From: Minisyncoccota bacterium
Lineage (GTDB): Bacteria > Patescibacteriota > Minisyncoccia > Phycocordibacterales > UBA9973
Assembly (NCBI GenBank): GCA_041664285.1
Contig: JBAYLA010000001.1
Span: forward strand, 227 to 64,226
DNA length: 64,000 nucleotides
Direction: 5' to 3'
Shown here: piece by piece, positions 27,488 through 37,102 of the stretch
How the letters are laid out: each line of letters starts with the position of its first letter
Position numbering within the stretch: the first letter of the stretch is position 1
Notes under the pieces: generated by a model
Database searches by the model: none
Told to the model about the DNA's origin: nothing
The model's input: the letters and a program-made list of their open reading frames with translations, nothing else
Position numbers and translations under genes: made by a program

Positions 27488-28684
27488 TTATTTTTCTAAT
27501 ATTTGATAATAAGTTTCTTCTAATAAATCTACACTTTTATTTATAGCATAATTTTTACTTTTTTCTAAACTAACCTTACCTTGCTTTTTTCTTAAATCTG
27601 GATCATTAATTAATCTCAACGTTTTTTCTGCTAAATCTTTATGATTTTCAGTTTCAAATAAAAATCCATTATTGTCTATAAAAAATTTTGCAGCATTCAT
27701 CTGTGCATCCGGAACGATGATTGGTTTACCACAAGCCATTGCTTCTAAAACTGTCATTCCTTCTAGCTCTGCAAAGGATGGTGAAATAAATATGTCACCT
27801 GCATTATAAGCCAAGATTTTATCTTCATCACTTACCAATCCTAAAAAGGTAACGTGTTTATTAATTTTTAAATTGTTTACTAATTTTTCTAATTTAGGCC
27901 TAACATGTCCAGCACCAGCTAGCATTACGTGTATGTTTGGATTTTCTTTAATAATATGCGGGATTGCTTTGATGAGTGTATCAATGGATTTTTCTGGATA
28001 AAGTCTTCCGACATATACTATATTTATAGTATCTTTTGGAATATTGAATCGACTATGAAAATCGCTAACTTCTTTTATTTTATATCTTTCAATATTGATT
28101 CCATTTGAAATAATAGTTGATGGTTTTTCTTTTCCTATCAAATGATGCAACAGATTTCGGCCAAATTCTGCTGGGTAAATAATTAAATCTGCTTTTCGAT
28201 AAAACCAAACAAGGTATTTGTTCCAAATTTTACCAAGAGTAGGTTGGATTATTTTTGGCATATCCATAAATAAATTTTCTGGTTGAGAGTGAGAAGCTAT
28301 AACCACTTTGATATTTAAAGATTTGGCTGCCAAGGTTGCTGCTACTCCGCATCCCATTGGCAAGACCACATGCACGACATCAATCTTTTCTTCTTTAAAA
28401 ACTTTTTTTAATTCTTTGACGGCTGGAAGAGCAAAATACCATCCCCCACTCTTTGGGACAGGGAAGCCTCGATAACCGTGCATTTTAATCCCATCGTAAT
28501 GACTTTTATTTTTATGTTCTTTGCCACGTGCTCCAACGAAAATAACATTATGTCCCCGTTCTTTTAATAACTTTGAAAATCGTACCGTAGAAACAACTAC
28601 GCCAGATTTATTACTGCCAATTGGATCACAAATCATCGCTATGTTTAATTTGTTCCTTATTTTATTTTCAGATTTTTCTTTCAT
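27488..28684 (-). CDS. glycosyltransferase family 4 (GT-B)
   Basis: A C-terminal EGMTVLEAMACGKPIIV motif is typical of GT4. Confidence 0.8.
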   Translation of the reverse strand: MKEKSENKIRNKLNIAMICDPIGSNKSGVVVSTVRFSKLLKERGHNVIFVGARGKEHKNKSHYDGIKMHGYRGFPVPKSGGWYFALPAVKELKKVFKEEKIDVVHVVLPMGCGVAATLAAKSLNIKVVIASHSQPENLFMDMPKIIQPTLGKIWNKYLVWFYRKADLIIYPAEFGRNLLHHLIGKEKPSTIISNGINIERYKIKEVSDFHSRFNIPKDTINIVYVGRLYPEKSIDTLIKAIPHIIKENPNIHVMLAGAGHVRPKLEKLVNNLKINKHVTFLGLVSDEDKILAYNAGDIFISPSFAELEGMTVLEAMACGKPIIVPDAQMNAAKFFIDNNGFLFETENHKDLAEKTLRLINDPDLRKKQGKVSLEKSKNYAINKSVDLLEETYYQILEK

Positions 28685-29250
28685 ATTTCTTTTCTGTTTT
28701 GTTTGTATTTTTTAATAAAAATAAAAAATAATACAGTAGCCATAACTAAAATACTTATTCCTGCTGCATAATAATCAAAATATTTTCCTATAATTATATA
28801 TGCTTGTCCAAAGAATATACCCAGCATAATCATAACAAAAGACTGAGCCAGAGAATACAAAGCACATGTTTTAAAATATTTTTTATATGATATATGTAAT
28901 GCTCCAGCAGCAATGAGTCCGGCTGTTCCTATTCCCCACATTATTTTTGATGCAGCAATTGCTTTTTTATGGTTTTCTTGAAAATATATTTTTGCTTTTT
29001 CTATTTTTTCTTCACGTATATTAAAATATTTAAACAATTTTTTTCCTTTATATCCAATAAAATAAAATATTGCATCTCCAACGATATCTCCAGCCACCAT
29101 TACTAAAAAGACCAAAAGGGGATTGAAAATATTTAAGGTCGTCAAAAATCCAGCAATTACACTCACTATCGGGCCTTCGACAATAGAAAGAGGAATTAAA
29201 ATGAGATATTTATATGTTAGCAATAATTGAATTACACTCATTAAGGACAA
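28681..29250 (-). CDS. DedA/SNARE-associated (TVP38) family membrane protein
   Basis: LILIPLSIVEGPIVSVIAGFL matches the DedA re-entrant motif. 189 aa. Confidence 0.7.
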   Translation of the reverse strand: MSLMSVIQLLLTYKYLILIPLSIVEGPIVSVIAGFLTTLNIFNPLLVFLVMVAGDIVGDAIFYFIGYKGKKLFKYFNIREEKIEKAKIYFQENHKKAIAASKIMWGIGTAGLIAAGALHISYKKYFKTCALYSLAQSFVMIMLGIFFGQAYIIIGKYFDYYAAGISILVMATVLFFIFIKKYKQNRKEI

Positions 29251-29280
29251 TTATAGAGTATTTTTAGGTTTTATTTGGTA

Positions 29281-29309
29281 TTGACGAATAGCATATTTTC
29301 TGTTATACT
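29281..29309 (+). promoter_or_regulatory. near-consensus sigma70 promoter
   Basis: TTGACG at 29281-29286, exact 17-nt spacer, TATACT at 29304-29309. Confidence 0.55.
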
Positions 29310-29387
29310 ATATACTGAAAAAGTCAGGTAGCGTATCTTGCGCCACCCCAAAAACAAAATAAAAAAAAGAAAGAGAGGAAATGACAA

Positions 29388-29942
29388 ATGGAACTTTACG
29401 GAAGTTACTACATTTTGACAGTGTTGCCCATCTGGGCAACAGCAATTTTACTTTATTTTTTGACAATGGGAGTGTTATTTATCCTTCGCGATATATTCGA
29501 GGGGTTATTTTATAACACTTCATATTCAGCCGTCTTGGGTGATGGCGGAATATTAGTTATTCCCTTAATGGCCGCTGGCATACTTCAGCGTGGTGCTCCT
29601 CTGCCGTGGTGGGTAAGGGGTTGGGAGTATCATCAAATTGCCGTCTGCCTGGGTTTATTACTTGGGATGATATGGCTGGCACTTGATCGTCCTAAGCAGT
29701 GGGGTGATCGGTATCATCACCTAGTAATTGCCCCACTAATATGTTACATGGGGGGAACCTTACTCCCAGTAATTTTTACAAGTGGGACATGCTTAGAAAA
29801 ATTGGCGACAATTTTTCTAATTGCTCTGTGGGCTGGGTTGGTTGTCTATGATGCGAAGACTCATAGGTTAGACCAACGTAATTATAGAGATATCGGTTCT
29901 TATCTTACTATGATTAAAAACACCCCTATTCATCCGAGATAG
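29388..29942 (+). CDS. polytopic membrane hypothetical protein (GC-rich cassette)
   Basis: 184 aa with 5-6 TM helices. Local GC is markedly higher than its flanks. Confidence 0.45.
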   Translation: MELYGSYYILTVLPIWATAILLYFLTMGVLFILRDIFEGLFYNTSYSAVLGDGGILVIPLMAAGILQRGAPLPWWVRGWEYHQIAVCLGLLLGMIWLALDRPKQWGDRYHHLVIAPLICYMGGTLLPVIFTSGTCLEKLATIFLIALWAGLVVYDAKTHRLDQRNYRDIGSYLTMIKNTPIHPR

Positions 29943-29965
29943 AAGGGAAGATAAAGGAGGATACA

Positions 29966-30163
29966 ATGTCACCAGGACCCCAAGCCAGTATGGTAATTTT
30001 GTCGTTTTTAGTTTTCTTCTTTGGGTATAGTACGATCAAGGAGATACAACAAAAAGAGAAAAAATCGTATATTCTTATTATGGTCTTTGCCACATCTGCA
30101 GTCTTTTTTGCATATTTGACATGGAACGCTATGCCTGAATTAATATCAATTTCAAAGCCCTAA
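29966..30163 (+). CDS. small two-TM hypothetical protein
   Basis: 65 aa. RBS AAGGAGG about 8 nt upstream. Confidence 0.35.
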   Translation: MSPGPQASMVILSFLVFFFGYSTIKEIQQKEKKSYILIMVFATSAVFFAYLTWNAMPELISISKP

Positions 30164-30210
30164 CGTAGCAGGTGGAAGCTGCTTCGTTAGGGCTTTCATT
30201 TTGCCTTTTT
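30154..30210. terminator. bidirectional intrinsic terminator between convergent genes
   Basis: AAGCCCTAACG (30154-30164) pairs with CGTTAGGGCTT (30184-30194). An inner hairpin is AGCAG..CTGCT. Followed by TTTCATTTTGCCTTTTTT. Confidence 0.6.
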
Positions 30211-30219
30211 TGTGAAATT

Positions 30220-30891
30220 CTAATGCGCCACAGTGAACGCTATGATTTTTCTTGCGCCAGCTTGCTTTAAAATTTTCCTTGCTTCGTTTAGAGTGGCGCC
30301 AGTGGTGGTGATGTCATCTATTAAAATTATATTTCTATTTTTTATTAAGTTTAAATTTTTTTCTTTATTTTTTACCGCAAATGAGCCTATTAGATTTTTT
30401 AATCTAATATTTCGATTTTTAATACGGGCTTGATGTTCAGTTTCTTTTATTTTAATTAAAATATTATTTTCTAATTGCATATTTACGCCATGGCGTAAAT
30501 GGTTTATTTTTATTAATTCTTTACAAATCAATTCTGCTTGATTATATCCTCGCTCACGATATCTTTTAGAGGATAGGGGAATAGGGATTAAAATTGGCTT
30601 TACAAAATTTTCCAAAATACTCAATTCTGAAAGTTCTTCTAAAATTTTATCATAAATAATTTCTGCGAAAATATTTGCTAATCTTTTTTTACCTTTATAC
30701 TTTAGAAGCCATAATGATTTTTTAATAGTTGGATGACGATAATCATATAGAGGAAAAACCCATTTTATACTTTCACGTTCTGCCCCCGGTGCTTCTTTTA
30801 AACAATCTAAACATAAGTCCACTCCAGTTTTACCACATAACATGCATTTTATAGGGAAAACTATGTCTAATATGGTGTTTAAAAATCTCAT
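30220..30891 (-). CDS. comFC: ComF-family competence protein (ComFC), phosphoribosyltransferase domain
   Basis: N-terminal zinc ribbon (CMLCGKTGVDLCLDCL). C-terminal PRTase motif IILIDDITTTGATL. Confidence 0.75.
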   Translation of the reverse strand: MRFLNTILDIVFPIKCMLCGKTGVDLCLDCLKEAPGAERESIKWVFPLYDYRHPTIKKSLWLLKYKGKKRLANIFAEIIYDKILEELSELSILENFVKPILIPIPLSSKRYRERGYNQAELICKELIKINHLRHGVNMQLENNILIKIKETEHQARIKNRNIRLKNLIGSFAVKNKEKNLNLIKNRNIILIDDITTTGATLNEARKILKQAGARKIIAFTVAH

Positions 30892-30913
30892 TTATGATAC
30901 AATATTAGCATAA

Positions 30914-32041
30914 ATGGACAATCCATTAAAAAATCTTATTTCAGGTTTTAGTAAATTTGTAGGGGGGTCGAAAGATTCCGCCATCGGTGTTGATATTGGT
31001 TCGAGCTCAATTAAGATAGTTGAAATAAAAAAAAAGGGCAATAGAGCCGTACTTGAAACTTATGGTGTAATAGCGCTTGGTCCGTATGCTGACCTTGAGG
31101 CTGGACGGGTCACTAGTCTGCCTGTTGAAAAAATTATATTAGCCTTAAAAGAAGTTCTTAAGCAATCTGACGCCACTAGTGACTCTTTGGCTTTTTCTAT
31201 TCCAGTTCAATCAAGTTTAATTTTTACCATTGAGCTTCCTGCTAAAATAGAAGCAGAGAAAATGGCTACCATTGTCCCCATTGAAGCTCGTAAATATATT
31301 CCAGTTCCTATCACTGAAGTTTCAATTGATTATTTTATCATACCTAAAAAAGAAGCTTCTTTTGAAGAAATGAACACTGAAGATGTTCCAGTAAAAGAAG
31401 AAGAAAAAATAAATGTTTTAGTTGTCACAACCCAAAATGATGCAGTAGCTAGATATCGTTCAATTGTTTCAGGGTGTAATCTTTCAGCTTCCTTTTTTGA
31501 AATTGAAATTTTTTCTTCTATTCGAGCAAATTTTGAACATGAGCTTTCTCCAGTTTTGTTGATTGATTTTGGTGCGTCGTGCACTAAGCTTTCGGTGGTT
31601 GAATTTGGCATGGTTAAGAGTTATCACACCATAGAAAGAGGAGGGGCTGATATATCTAATTCTATTTCTAAATCTCTTTCTATTTCTTTTTCTGAAGCAG
31701 AAAAAATGAAAAAAGAATTTGGTCTTTTTGGAAATCCATTAGAAAAAAGTTTAGCTGATATTATTAAAGTTCATGTTGATTATATTTTTTCTGAAACGAA
31801 TAATGTATTATTAGGATATGAAAAGAAAAATAATCAAACTATTAATAAAATCATATTTACGGGTGGCGGGTCTCTTTTAAAAGGGTTAAAAGAAGTGGCT
31901 GTAAATGATTTTCAAGCCGAAATAGAAATTGGTCATCCTTTTTCTAAGATTGGTGCGCCAGCATTTTTAGAAAAAGTTCTTTTGACGATTGGTCCTGAAT
32001 TTGCAGTTGCCTTAGGTTTAGCATTGCGCAAATTACAGTAA
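30914..32041 (+). CDS. pilM: type IV pilus assembly protein PilM (actin-like ATPase)
   Basis: GVDIGSSSIKIVEI phosphate-1 motif. 375 aa. Confidence 0.8.
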   Translation: MDNPLKNLISGFSKFVGGSKDSAIGVDIGSSSIKIVEIKKKGNRAVLETYGVIALGPYADLEAGRVTSLPVEKIILALKEVLKQSDATSDSLAFSIPVQSSLIFTIELPAKIEAEKMATIVPIEARKYIPVPITEVSIDYFIIPKKEASFEEMNTEDVPVKEEEKINVLVVTTQNDAVARYRSIVSGCNLSASFFEIEIFSSIRANFEHELSPVLLIDFGASCTKLSVVEFGMVKSYHTIERGGADISNSISKSLSISFSEAEKMKKEFGLFGNPLEKSLADIIKVHVDYIFSETNNVLLGYEKKNNQTINKIIFTGGGSLLKGLKEVAVNDFQAEIEIGHPFSKIGAPAFLEKVLLTIGPEFAVALGLALRKLQ

Positions 32042-32671
32042 GTGCGATATAATAGAATAAAGACAATGGAACAAAATTTTCAAACGTCATTTATACCTAA
32101 AAAACCGATGCTCAAAGAAGAGAGTACTACTTATGCTCGTCCTGTTAATTTTTTTCTTATCATATCTATTTTTGTTTTAGTTACTATATTGGTTGCCACT
32201 GGTGGACTCTATTTTTATAAAGGAATAGTAGAAAAAAAGATTACTAAACTGGACAGTACTTTAAATTTAGCTAAAAATCGTTTTGAGCCTTCAAAAATAA
32301 CTGAGCTTCAAAAGTTAGATAAGCGCTTGCGTGCTTCAAATGAAATTTTAACTCAACATACCACAGTCGTTCCAATTTTTAAGGCTCTGGAACAAATTAC
32401 TATGAAAAGTGTTCGTTTTACTAAATTTAGTTATGATTTAAGCACCGATAAAGATAATAAGACTTTAATAAACATAAAAATGTCTGGAGTTGCGATTGGC
32501 TATCGTTCTGTTGCTTTGCAATCTGATTTATTTACTAAAAATAAAAATTTACTTGATCCTGTTTTTTCTAATTTAGTGTTGGACAATAGTGGTAATGTTA
32601 TTTTTGATTTAGATTTTTCAGTTAATCCAAGTTTTATTAATTATAAACAAACATTAATGGCTCAAAGTTAA
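32042..32671 (+). CDS. PilN-like bitopic pilus assembly protein
   Basis: Single N-terminal TM helix, coiled coil, ~200 aa, positioned after pilM. Confidence 0.5.
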   Translation: MRYNRIKTMEQNFQTSFIPKKPMLKEESTTYARPVNFFLIISIFVLVTILVATGGLYFYKGIVEKKITKLDSTLNLAKNRFEPSKITELQKLDKRLRASNEILTQHTTVVPIFKALEQITMKSVRFTKFSYDLSTDKDNKTLINIKMSGVAIGYRSVALQSDLFTKNKNLLDPVFSNLVLDNSGNVIFDLDFSVNPSFINYKQTLMAQS

Positions 32672-32675
32672 ATTT

Positions 32676-33269
32676 ATGATGAGATTTATAATGCCCCTTT
32701 TTTTGATAGGAATCGCTGTTGCTCTGTTTTTTCTTTTTACCAATCCTATCTATAATGAAATTTCGGAATTAAATTTAAACGTGGCATCATACAATGGTGC
32801 GCTTGATAATTCTAAAATGTTTGAAAACAAACGTGATAAATTAACTGCCCAATATAATGCAATTGATCCTGATAATTTAACAAAATTACAAAAACTTTTA
32901 CCTGAAAATGTTGATAATGTTCGTTTAATTTTAGAGATAGGACAAATAGCATTACCTTATGGAATGGTTTTGAAAGATGTAAAATATAACGCAATTCGGG
33001 CAGATACCACTAAAGAAAATGTTGTCCAAGGTGGGGCGGTTGCAACACCTAAAGATTATGGAATTTTTGATTTGGAATTTTCCACAGCAGGAACTTACGA
33101 TAATTTTATTAATTTTACCAAAGATCTTGAGAGTAATCTTAGAATTGTAGATATTTCATCAATTGTATTTTCATCTAATACCGGGAATATTGACAATAAT
33201 CCAAAAGTAAATTCTACCGAAGTTTATAAATATAATTTTAAAATTAAAACTTATTGGTTAAAAAATTAA
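32676..33269 (+). CDS. PilO-like bitopic pilus assembly protein
   Basis: Single TM helix followed by a coiled coil. Position in the locus. Confidence 0.45.
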   Translation: MMRFIMPLFLIGIAVALFFLFTNPIYNEISELNLNVASYNGALDNSKMFENKRDKLTAQYNAIDPDNLTKLQKLLPENVDNVRLILEIGQIALPYGMVLKDVKYNAIRADTTKENVVQGGAVATPKDYGIFDLEFSTAGTYDNFINFTKDLESNLRIVDISSIVFSSNTGNIDNNPKVNSTEVYKYNFKIKTYWLKN

Positions 33270-33270
33270 A

Positions 33271-33705
33271 ATGCCTAAAATTAAAAACATCATTATATTT
33301 TCAATAATCGCTATAGCTTTTATTTTAATCTATGTTTTTTTTCCAAAATCATCTCCACCAGAGGCTAATTTAGTTTCATCAGGAACAGGTGTTACCTTAC
33401 CAAACATGGACGGTTCCACCAATGAAGCAAGTATTAAAAATACAAATTCTTTAATTGCAAAAGATTTTCTTTCAATATTTTCTAATATTCAAAATATAAA
33501 ATTAGATGACGCTATTTTCTCTGACGGAGCTTTTAATAGTTTGCATGATTCTAGTATTGTACTTACCCCAGATGGTACTGAAGGTAGACCAAATCCATTT
33601 GCTCAATTTGGAAATGATGCTGTTGTGTCAACTACACAAACTACACCACCAGACATAACCACATCTACTAAATCCACTACACTTAATCCTTCCACTCCCG
33701 ACTAA
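33271..33705 (+). CDS. small bitopic protein with Thr/Pro-rich tail (PilP-like position)
   Basis: One TM helix and a TTQTTPPDITTSTKSTT tail. Confidence 0.3.
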   Translation: MPKIKNIIIFSIIAIAFILIYVFFPKSSPPEANLVSSGTGVTLPNMDGSTNEASIKNTNSLIAKDFLSIFSNIQNIKLDDAIFSDGAFNSLHDSSIVLTPDGTEGRPNPFAQFGNDAVVSTTQTTPPDITTSTKSTTLNPSTPD

Positions 33706-33832
33706 ACTCCAGGATGATTCCGTTAAGCCGCAGTCACAGTTTTGATAAAAAATATGTATATAAAAAATATGAAATTTAATAATATAACAAAGCATGGTTA
33801 CGGCATACTAACCGTGACCTGCTTCTAACGGG

Positions 33833-35575
33833 ATGAGTTTTTTAGAAGAATTATCTAAAAAAGGCTTAATCAATGAAAGCCAAATAGGTGAAATCAAGAG
33901 TCGTGCCCAAAAAGAACACGAGGGAGATGTGGAAAAAACACTCCTTGATTTAGGTATTCCAGAAAAAATAATTCTTGAAATGAAAGGAGAATATTTAAAT
34001 ATACCAGTAAAAAGTGTAAGTTCAGCAGAAATCTCTTTTGAAGTATTGAAATATATTTCAGAAGATTCAGCTGCACATTATCACTTTGTACCAATTAAAT
34101 TAAGAGATGGGGTATTAGAAGTTGGAATGATAGATCCAGAAAATATTCAGGCGATGGACGCGTTACAATTTATTTCTACCAAGCTTGGTGTTCCTTTTAA
34201 AATCTTTCTTATTTCTAAAAGTGACTATGAGAGTATTATGCAAAGTTATAAAGGGCTAGGAAGTCAAGTTGAAAAAGCTTTGGATGAGTTAAATCAAGAG
34301 GAAACAGATGAGAACAAACTTTTAAATGAAGAGAATTTAAATAAAGAGATTAAAAATATAAAAGGAGATACTGAAACAAAGATTGTAGAGGATGCTCCAG
34401 TTATAAAAATTGTAGCGGTTATCTTAAGTAATGCAATAGAAGGAAATGCTTCAGATATACATATTGAATATACAGGCGAAAAAGTTAAAGTACGTTTTCG
34501 AATTGATGGAATTCTTCATACTACGATAGTATTACCGCCGAATGTTTATAGTGGGGTTGTTGCTCGTATAAAAATTCTTTCTAAATTAAGACTGGATGAG
34601 AAACGTAAGCCTCAGGACGGGTCTTTTAGTACAAATGTTGATGGTCGTAAAATTGATTTTCGTGTTTCTACCATGCCAGCATATTATGGTGAAAAAGTTG
34701 TTATGCGTATTTTAGATTCTGAAAAAGGAGTGAAGCCATTAGACCAATTGGGTTTATCAGAAATAAATTTAAAGATAATAAAAGAAGCAATTGAGAAACC
34801 ATATGGACTTATTTTAATTACTGGTCCGACGGGGTCTGGAAAATCGACCACTCTGTATTCAATGATGAATGCACTTGATAAAGAAAAAAGTAATATTGTA
34901 TCCTTGGAAGATCCAGTGGAGTATCATATGCCAGAGATTAATCAATCACAAATGATGCCAGAGATTGGTTATACATTTGCATCAGGGCTTCGTTCAATTC
35001 TTCGTCAAGATCCTGACATTATTATGGTTGGCGAGATCCGCGATAAAGAAACAGCTCAACTTGCAATTCAAGCCGCTCTAACTGGACATTTGGTGCTTTC
35101 GACTCTTCATACCAATAGTGCCATTGGTGCAGTTCCTCGTTTAGTTGACATGGGAGTTGATCCGTATTTAATTGCTCCGACCTTGATTGTTTCTATTGCT
35201 CAACGTTTGGCTCGAATGACTTACCCAACTTCACGCAAAGAGATGCCTATAAGCGAAAGTGTTAAAAAGCAAATAGAAGAACAGATAAAAGATTTACCAG
35301 ATGAATTCAAACCAAATATTGGTGATAAAATGTACGATACAGTGCCATCCCCTGAATGTCCTTCTGGTACAAGGGGACGTATTGCTGTTTTTGAAATGTT
35401 CAAAATTGACAAGGAAATGCAAGAGGTAATCTTGAAAAGTCCTACCGAGGCAGCCATTTATAAATTAGCTCGTAGTAAAGGAATGTTAATGATGAGAGAA
35501 GACGCAATGCTTAAATCTCTTCAAGGCATAATTCCTTTCACTGAAGTGTATAATTTTAGTAATAACAATGAATAG
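33833..35575 (+). CDS. pilB: type IV pilus assembly ATPase PilB (GspE family)
   Basis: N-terminal GSPII_E_N domain. Walker A ILITGPTGSGKSTT. Asp/His boxes. Tetracysteine zinc motif (CPSGTRGR). Confidence 0.9.
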   Translation: MSFLEELSKKGLINESQIGEIKSRAQKEHEGDVEKTLLDLGIPEKIILEMKGEYLNIPVKSVSSAEISFEVLKYISEDSAAHYHFVPIKLRDGVLEVGMIDPENIQAMDALQFISTKLGVPFKIFLISKSDYESIMQSYKGLGSQVEKALDELNQEETDENKLLNEENLNKEIKNIKGDTETKIVEDAPVIKIVAVILSNAIEGNASDIHIEYTGEKVKVRFRIDGILHTTIVLPPNVYSGVVARIKILSKLRLDEKRKPQDGSFSTNVDGRKIDFRVSTMPAYYGEKVVMRILDSEKGVKPLDQLGLSEINLKIIKEAIEKPYGLILITGPTGSGKSTTLYSMMNALDKEKSNIVSLEDPVEYHMPEINQSQMMPEIGYTFASGLRSILRQDPDIIMVGEIRDKETAQLAIQAALTGHLVLSTLHTNSAIGAVPRLVDMGVDPYLIAPTLIVSIAQRLARMTYPTSRKEMPISESVKKQIEEQIKDLPDEFKPNIGDKMYDTVPSPECPSGTRGRIAVFEMFKIDKEMQEVILKSPTEAAIYKLARSKGMLMMREDAMLKSLQGIIPFTEVYNFSNNNE

Positions 35576-35655
35576 ATCCATACGCCTTTTGTTTTGTTAG
35601 AACAAAAGGCGTATGGATAGAGTTGCATTATATTTTATGGTATAATTAAAACATT

Positions 35656-36051
35656 ATGGAAAACAAAAAAAGAAAAATTTTAATAACCGATGATGATAGT
35701 TTTCTTTTGGACATGTATGCGCTTAAATTTAGCCAGAATAATTTTGAAGTTTACACAGCAAGTGGTGGAATTCATGCATTAGAAAAACTTAAAGACGGGC
35801 TATCTCCTGATGTCCTTTTGGTTGACATAATTATGCCCGAGATGGATGGTTTTGAAGTTTTAACACAAATAAATACACAAAAGTTATGTCCAAATTGTGT
35901 AAAAATAATTTTATCTAACAAAAGTGAACAACAAGACATAGATAAAGGTAATAAACTAGGGGTAGCAGGGTATATTGTGAAAGCCAATTTTACTCCAGCA
36001 GAAGTTATTGAAGAGGTAATAAAGATTTTGGAAAAAAACCATGGATTATAA
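35656..36051 (+). CDS. stand-alone CheY-like response-regulator receiver domain
   Basis: ILITDDDSFLLD ... VDIIMPEMDGFEVL with the phospho-acceptor Asp context. 131 aa. Overlaps pilT by 11 nt. Confidence 0.8.
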   Translation: MENKKRKILITDDDSFLLDMYALKFSQNNFEVYTASGGIHALEKLKDGLSPDVLLVDIIMPEMDGFEVLTQINTQKLCPNCVKIILSNKSEQQDIDKGNKLGVAGYIVKANFTPAEVIEEVIKILEKNHGL

Positions 36052-37099
36052 AAACGAACTTGAAAATTTTATTTTAAATCTTATCCATGAAAATGGTTCA
36101 GATTTACATTTGGGAGCCGGACGCAGACCAGCTATTCGAGTAGCCGGAGAACTTATATTTTTAGCTAAGTATCCAGTTTTAACTCAAGAAGATTTATGGA
36201 TTTTTTTGGGTGAAATTTTAGAAAAAGAAAAAATTGAAAAATTTAAAGAAAATCAAGAAGCTGATTTTTCTTATGATTTTCGTGGAGAAGCTCGACTTCG
36301 TGGTAATGCTTTCTTCCAAAAAGGTTTAGTTAATATAGTTTTTCGATTAGTCCCTAAGGTTCAAACATTGGAGCAATTACGCTTACCTCCCATTTTAGCG
36401 GACCTTGCTCGTAAAAAACAAGGTTTTTTTCTAGTGGTGGGTCCTGTTGGGCAAGGGAAATCAACTACTTTATCGGCTATGGTTGATTTAATAAACAATG
36501 AACAAGCGCGTCATATAGTAACTATTGAAGATCCAATTGAGCATGTTTATGTGGCTAATAAATCTATAATTAATCAACGTGAAGTAGGTATTGACACTAA
36601 AGATTTTCACGTGGCTTTGAAAGAAGTTTTTCGTGAAGATGTGAATGTAATTATGGTTGGCGAGATGCGTACTCCAGAAACTATCGCAACTGCGGTAACT
36701 GCAGCCGAGACGGGGCACCTTGTGTTGTCAACTCTTCATACTAACAATGCTTCTCAGACTATCGATAGAATTATAGATTCTTTTCCAGGAAATCAACAAG
36801 ATCAAATTCGTGCCCAGCTTGCAGCTTCTTTGCTTGGTATTTTTTCCCAAAGGCTTGTTCCTAGAATTACGGGCGGACTTATTCCAGCTTATGAACTTCT
36901 TTTAAATAATAATGCGGTGGCTAATTTAATTCGTGAAAAACGTACACATGAGATAGACGTTGTTATTGAAACAGGAACGGAATCTGGGATGATTGATTTA
37001 AACCACTCATTAATGGAGCTTGTGAGGACTGGAGAAATTTCTATTGAGAATGCTCAAGAGTACTCACTTAACCCAAAAGGGCTTGAACGCCTTATTTAG
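36041..37099 (+). CDS. pilT: twitching-motility retraction ATPase PilT
   Basis: Walker A FLVVGPVGQGKSTT. 352 aa and no N-terminal extension, as expected for PilT. Confidence 0.85.
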   Translation: MDYKNELENFILNLIHENGSDLHLGAGRRPAIRVAGELIFLAKYPVLTQEDLWIFLGEILEKEKIEKFKENQEADFSYDFRGEARLRGNAFFQKGLVNIVFRLVPKVQTLEQLRLPPILADLARKKQGFFLVVGPVGQGKSTTLSAMVDLINNEQARHIVTIEDPIEHVYVANKSIINQREVGIDTKDFHVALKEVFREDVNVIMVGEMRTPETIATAVTAAETGHLVLSTLHTNNASQTIDRIIDSFPGNQQDQIRAQLAASLLGIFSQRLVPRITGGLIPAYELLLNNNAVANLIREKRTHEIDVVIETGTESGMIDLNHSLMELVRTGEISIENAQEYSLNPKGLERLI

Positions 37100-37102
37100 T
37101 TT

